DNA of 52,220 nucleotides from Microthyrium microscopicum (Eukaryota): NCBI GenBank assembly GCA_010405405.1, contig MU004239.1, positions 1,628,722 to 1,680,941 of the forward strand, read 5' to 3'. Shown piece by piece: positions 47,801 to 52,220 of this stretch (position 1 is its first letter; each line of letters starts with the position of its first letter). The notes under the pieces were generated by a model. It saw only the letters and a program-made list of their open reading frames with translations, ran no database searches and was not told where the DNA came from. The position numbers and the translations under genes were made by a program.

Positions 47801-49255
47801 AAAGGCTAAGATAGCTTATAAAAACTTATTATATTCTATTTTTAGAAATTATTTCTACTAGAGAGCTATTATAAAACTCTATAATAAGAGTTCTTAATAA
47901 TTATAAATTCCTTAAAAGTATTTAGAAAGTACTTATAAGGCTTACTAGACTAATTTTAAGTCTTAATAGACTATATAAATCTTAAATTACTTAAAATAAT
48001 ACTAAAAATATTATTAATATATATAAAGTAAGTAGATTTACTCTTAAAATATAATTTTAATATTAAGTACTACCTAAGTAAGATAAATCTAGCTAATAAA
48101 CTCTTAAGACGTCTAGACTATGTTAAAAAGAGCTAAAGAGAATAGAAAAAGACTATAAAAGTATTACTTAACCTACTTTATAATAAGTTATAGCTTAATA
48201 ATGCTCTTATAGCTAAAACTAATACTATTAGACTTATAAACTTTATTATTACGTACGTTAGTATTAATATATAGTATTCTATTATAAACTAACTTAAGAG
48301 AAGTTAAGATAAACTTACTAAGACTTAGAAGTATTTAAAAATAAGCTTTAGTAAGATTTTAGCTATTAATAAACTTCTTTTAGCTAAGAATAACTTAAAT
48401 AAAGCTAAATAAATAAGTAGAAATCTTATTTTTATTAAGGAAGAGTTATAAAAGAAGAAAATCTTATAAAGATTCTATAATAATACTATAAAAAGTAGTT
48501 ATAAAAAGTTAAAGAAGATACTTAAGAAGATTAAGCGCTATTATACTTAGAATTATGTTTAGAAAGATATTAAGAACTATTATAAGGCTTACCTTAACTA
48601 TTAATATAATAAATTTATTAAATAAGTCTAAAAAGAGTTACTAATAGCCTTACTAGTCCTAAAAGCACTATAAGAGAATATTATTATAAATTTTATTATA
48701 GATTTACCTCTAAGTATTTATAATAGTTAAATCTATAACTCTATTATAATAGTTATTAATAAATTAACTAAAATAGCCTACTATATTTTAATAAGAAAAA
48801 ATATAAATATAAAAGACCTTACTAAGATCTTCTTATAAGAGGTTATATACCTATATAGTGTACCTTATATTATTATATTTAATTAAGAACCTCTCTTTAT
48901 TTCTAAGTACTAGAAAATATTCTTTTATTATCTTTCTATTCTTAGAAAGCTTTTAATAGTATTTTATTTATAGATTAATAGTTAAATAGAGTACTTAAAC
49001 TAAGAAATTAAGTACTACTTATAGATTTATAAGTATTAAGAATAGGATAATTAAGTAAGATAGCTTAATTTAGCTAAGTTTAACTATAATAATAGTATTT
49101 ACTTATTAACTAAGATTACTCTTTTTATTATATATATTAAAAAGAACCCTTATATCTTTAAATTAGCTAAAACGCTATTAAAAAGTATTATACCTAATAC
49201 TAAAAGAATAATAAACTATATCTTATCTCTATAATATATAATAAGGAATATAGTA
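44900..49255 (+). mobile_element. RIP-inactivated Ty3/Gypsy LTR retrotransposon (gag-pol relic); boundaries approximate
   Basis: De-RIPed motifs in Gypsy order. RT: ILFVKKKDG.LRLCVDY (about 46922), EWKTAFRT (about 47117), YxDDILIYS read as tac ttt aat aat att ctt att tac tct (47258). RNase H: LETDAS (47741), NPAD.LSRRPDY (about 48086). Integrase: MDFITDLP (about 48686), DRLTKMAHY, FHPQTDGQTE (about 48962). Confidence 0.92.
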
Positions 49256-49810
49256 GACGTTTATAAGCTAGAGTTAGGTTAGTCTATACGCAAAATATTA
49301 AACTACTAAAAGTTTATATTTTTAGTAGAGAGATATCTTTATACCTCTATAACTCCTTTAATACCTACTTAATAAATATACTCTAAAGCTTATATTACTT
49401 AGGTTAATATTCTTTATTAAATATATATAATTTTATATAATATAGTGCTCTTATTAAGTAGATAAATCTAATAGTATAAAGTTAGAACTTAGTAAAAATT
49501 CTATTATTAAAATACTACGTTAGAAAGACTTAGTAAAGTAACTTATTAATAGAATATAATCTCTCTTTTAACTATTAGTAATAATACTTACTAAACTAAT
49601 ACTTAATAGTATAATATTACTCTACTCTATAGCTCTATATATTATTTACTTATACTTACTTTATCTAAAGTTAACTCTTTATTTAATTCTAGTAGTCTTA
49701 GTAATTTACTCTAAAAGGCTCTTTAAAAACTATAACCTAGCTTTTTTAATATTCTTTCTAAGCTATAGTTTTTAAGAAGTTTATAGTAATATCTAGATTA
49801 TTAATATACT

Positions 49811-50565
49811 NNNNNNNNNNNNNNNNNNNNNNNNNNNNNNNNNNNNNNNNNNNNNNNNNNNNNNNNNNNNNNNNNNNNNNNNNNNNNNNNNNNNNNNNNN
49901 NNNNNNNNNNNNNNNNNNNNNNNNNNNNNNNNNNNNNNNNNNNNNNNNNNNNNNNNNNNNNNNNNNNNNNNNNNNNNNNNNNNNNNNNNNNNNNNNNNNN
50001 NNNNNNNNNNNNNNNNNNNNNNNNNNNNNNNNNNNNNNNNNNNNNNNNNNNNNNNNNNNNNNNNNNNNNNNNNNNNNNNNNNNNNNNNNNNNNNNNNNNN
50101 NNNNNNNNNNNNNNNNNNNNNNNNNNNNNNNNNNNNNNNNNNNNNNNNNNNNNNNNNNNNNNNNNNNNNNNNNNNNNNNNNNNNNNNNNNNNNNNNNNNN
50201 NNNNNNNNNNNNNNNNNNNNNNNNNNNNNNNNNNNNNNNNNNNNNNNNNNNNNNNNNNNNNNNNNNNNNNNNNNNNNNNNNNNNNNNNNNNNNNNNNNNN
50301 NNNNNNNNNNNNNNNNNNNNNNNNNNNNNNNNNNNNNNNNNNNNNNNNNNNNNNNNNNNNNNNNNNNNNNNNNNNNNNNNNNNNNNNNNNNNNNNNNNNN
50401 NNNNNNNNNNNNNNNNNNNNNNNNNNNNNNNNNNNNNNNNNNNNNNNNNNNNNNNNNNNNNNNNNNNNNNNNNNNNNNNNNNNNNNNNNNNNNNNNNNNN
50501 NNNNNNNNNNNNNNNNNNNNNNNNNNNNNNNNNNNNNNNNNNNNNNNNNNNNNNNNNNNNNNNNN
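49811..50565. other. Assembly gap (run of N)
   Basis: 755 consecutive N characters. Confidence 1.
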
Positions 50566-50769
50566 TTACTATTTACTTACTATATAACTTTAGTACTATA
50601 TCTTACTAGATATTAATAACTTCTATAGTATATCTTTATTCTAAGACTTATATTATCTCTTTAACGTTAATAAAGTTATATATACTAATTATAAAAGAAT
50701 TTAGCTATTTAATTTTAATATATTCTAATATTTACCTATAACTACTAAGGTTACCTTTACTTAAAAGTA

Positions 50770-51260
50770 TTATAAAAGTATATAAAATTACCTCTATCTT
50801 TACTAATATAAGGCTAAAAAAGAAATAGATAATATATCTATACTTAGCTTATTAAGCTACTTATTTTCTATATCTTTTTACTATAGTAAAAAAATATCTT
50901 CTATAGGAATTAACTTAGTAACCTTACTACTACTAAAGTTATTAAAATATATAAAATTACTTCTTATTTCTACTAATATAAGGCTAAAAAAGAAATAAAT
51001 AATATATCTATACTTAGCTTATTAAGCTACTTATTTTCTATGTCTTTTTACTATAATAAAAAAATATCTTTTATAGGAATTAACCTAGTAACTTTATTAC
51101 TACTAAGGTTACTAAAATATATAAAATTACCTCTATCTCTATTAATATAAGGCTAAAAAATAAATAAATAATATATTTATACTTAGCTTATTAAGCTACT
51201 TATTTTCTATATCTTTTTATAATAGTAAAAAAAATATCTTCTATAAGAATTAAATAAATA
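50770..51260. repeat. Tandem repeat of about 170 bp, about 3 copies, RIP-mutated
   Basis: TATAAAATTAC..AATATAAGGCTAAAAAA..TACTTAGCTTATTAAGCTACTTATTTTCTAT recurs at 50781, 50950 and 51120. Confidence 0.9.
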
Positions 51261-51685
51261 ACTTATCTATATATAGGATTTAAATTTATAACCTTAACTT
51301 TATATAATAGTAAAGTTATATACTACTATTATACTAATATAGTAAAATTTTAGACTATAGTACTAAAGTTAAAATAAATTTAAAGTTAGGGTTTATAGTT
51401 TTTAAATATATACTACTATATACTACTACTACTAATATTTAGCTACTATCTACTTTAATTCTAGCTCTACCTAAACTCTCCTACCTAAAATTTACTTAGT
51501 AAAAATACGCTAAAGTTAAAATAAACCTAAGAAAATTTTCTAAAAAAATTCCTAGCTATCTACTTTAATTCTTAATATTAATATTTAGTATCTACTCCTA
51601 ATACTAAAATCTAATATATACTTCTAGTATCTAGCTTTTATTAGCTTTAACTATTAATATATATATTTAATATCTACTCTCTAAT

Positions 51686-51773
51686 CTAGCTTCTAGCTCC
51701 TAGCTCCTAGCTTTTAGCTCTTAATTCCTAGCTCTTAGCTCTTAGCTCTTAGCTTCTAGCTTCTAGCTCCTAG
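51686..51773. repeat. 7-bp microsatellite ((C/T)TAGCT(C/T))n, about 12 copies
   Basis: ctagcttctagctcctagctcctagcttttagctc...ttagctcttagcttctagcttctagctcctag. Confidence 0.85.
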
Positions 51774-52220
51774 TACTTTAACTTCTATATATATTAACTC
51801 TTATTTACCTTAACTTCTATCTACCTTAATTCTTAATATTAATATATACTTAAGTACTTTTCCTTTTAGTATTATAGCTAGTTACTAAATTAAATTTAGT
51901 AGTATATCTTAGTAATAAAGCTTAATATTAGTTAAAGTATCTTATTTTTAAAAGTATAAGAACTATACTCTATTCTAATATTATTCTTTATTATTTCTAA
52001 ATTAATTAACTTTATTTAGAGACTATTTTCTATATCTAGAAATAAATAGAAGATAATATATTTAGTAGATATTTCCTAATAATATATTAATTTTATTATA
52101 AGACTTAAATAAAGAGCTTAGAGGTATATTTATAGATAGATTAGCTTAAGTAAATAATATTTCTAATATTAATTTCTATAAGGTTTTACTATTACCTTAA
52201 GTATAAAAATACTTATTAGT

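Larger units (their letters stand above)
38350..52220. mobile_element. Large AT-rich block of nested RIP-degraded transposon relics
   Basis: About 13 kb of very low GC, TpA-saturated sequence with no ORFs in the track; coding relics are readable only after reversing C>T/G>A changes. Confidence 0.9.

Overview
Eukaryotic DNA from a filamentous ascomycete: short GT-AG introns with CTAAC-type branch sites, and RIP-type TpA-rich degraded repeats. 1-25.4 kb is gene-rich. It holds a secreted repeat/beta-propeller protein running off the left edge, SER3, a decayed multi-LysM gene, RPR2, an SHB17-like phosphatase, a GT8 transferase, LIN1, four divergent paralogs of an unnamed family, ADE4 and a WGYVIYRT-motif hypothetical gene. 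25.5-38.2 kb is accessory: gene remnants, three different tandem-repeat arrays, an orphan AusD/Trt5-like methyltransferase and an intact HET-NB-ARC NLR with a non-canonical C-terminus, flanked on both sides by AT-rich DNA. 38.35 kb to the end is a heavily RIP-mutated repeat block with a Ty3/Gypsy relic and an assembly gap. The best novelty candidates are the four-paralog cluster (13.6-19.5 kb), the repeat-less NLR and the Kex2-site peptide-repeat/propeller fusion. All family calls come from motif recognition by eye; no searches were run.
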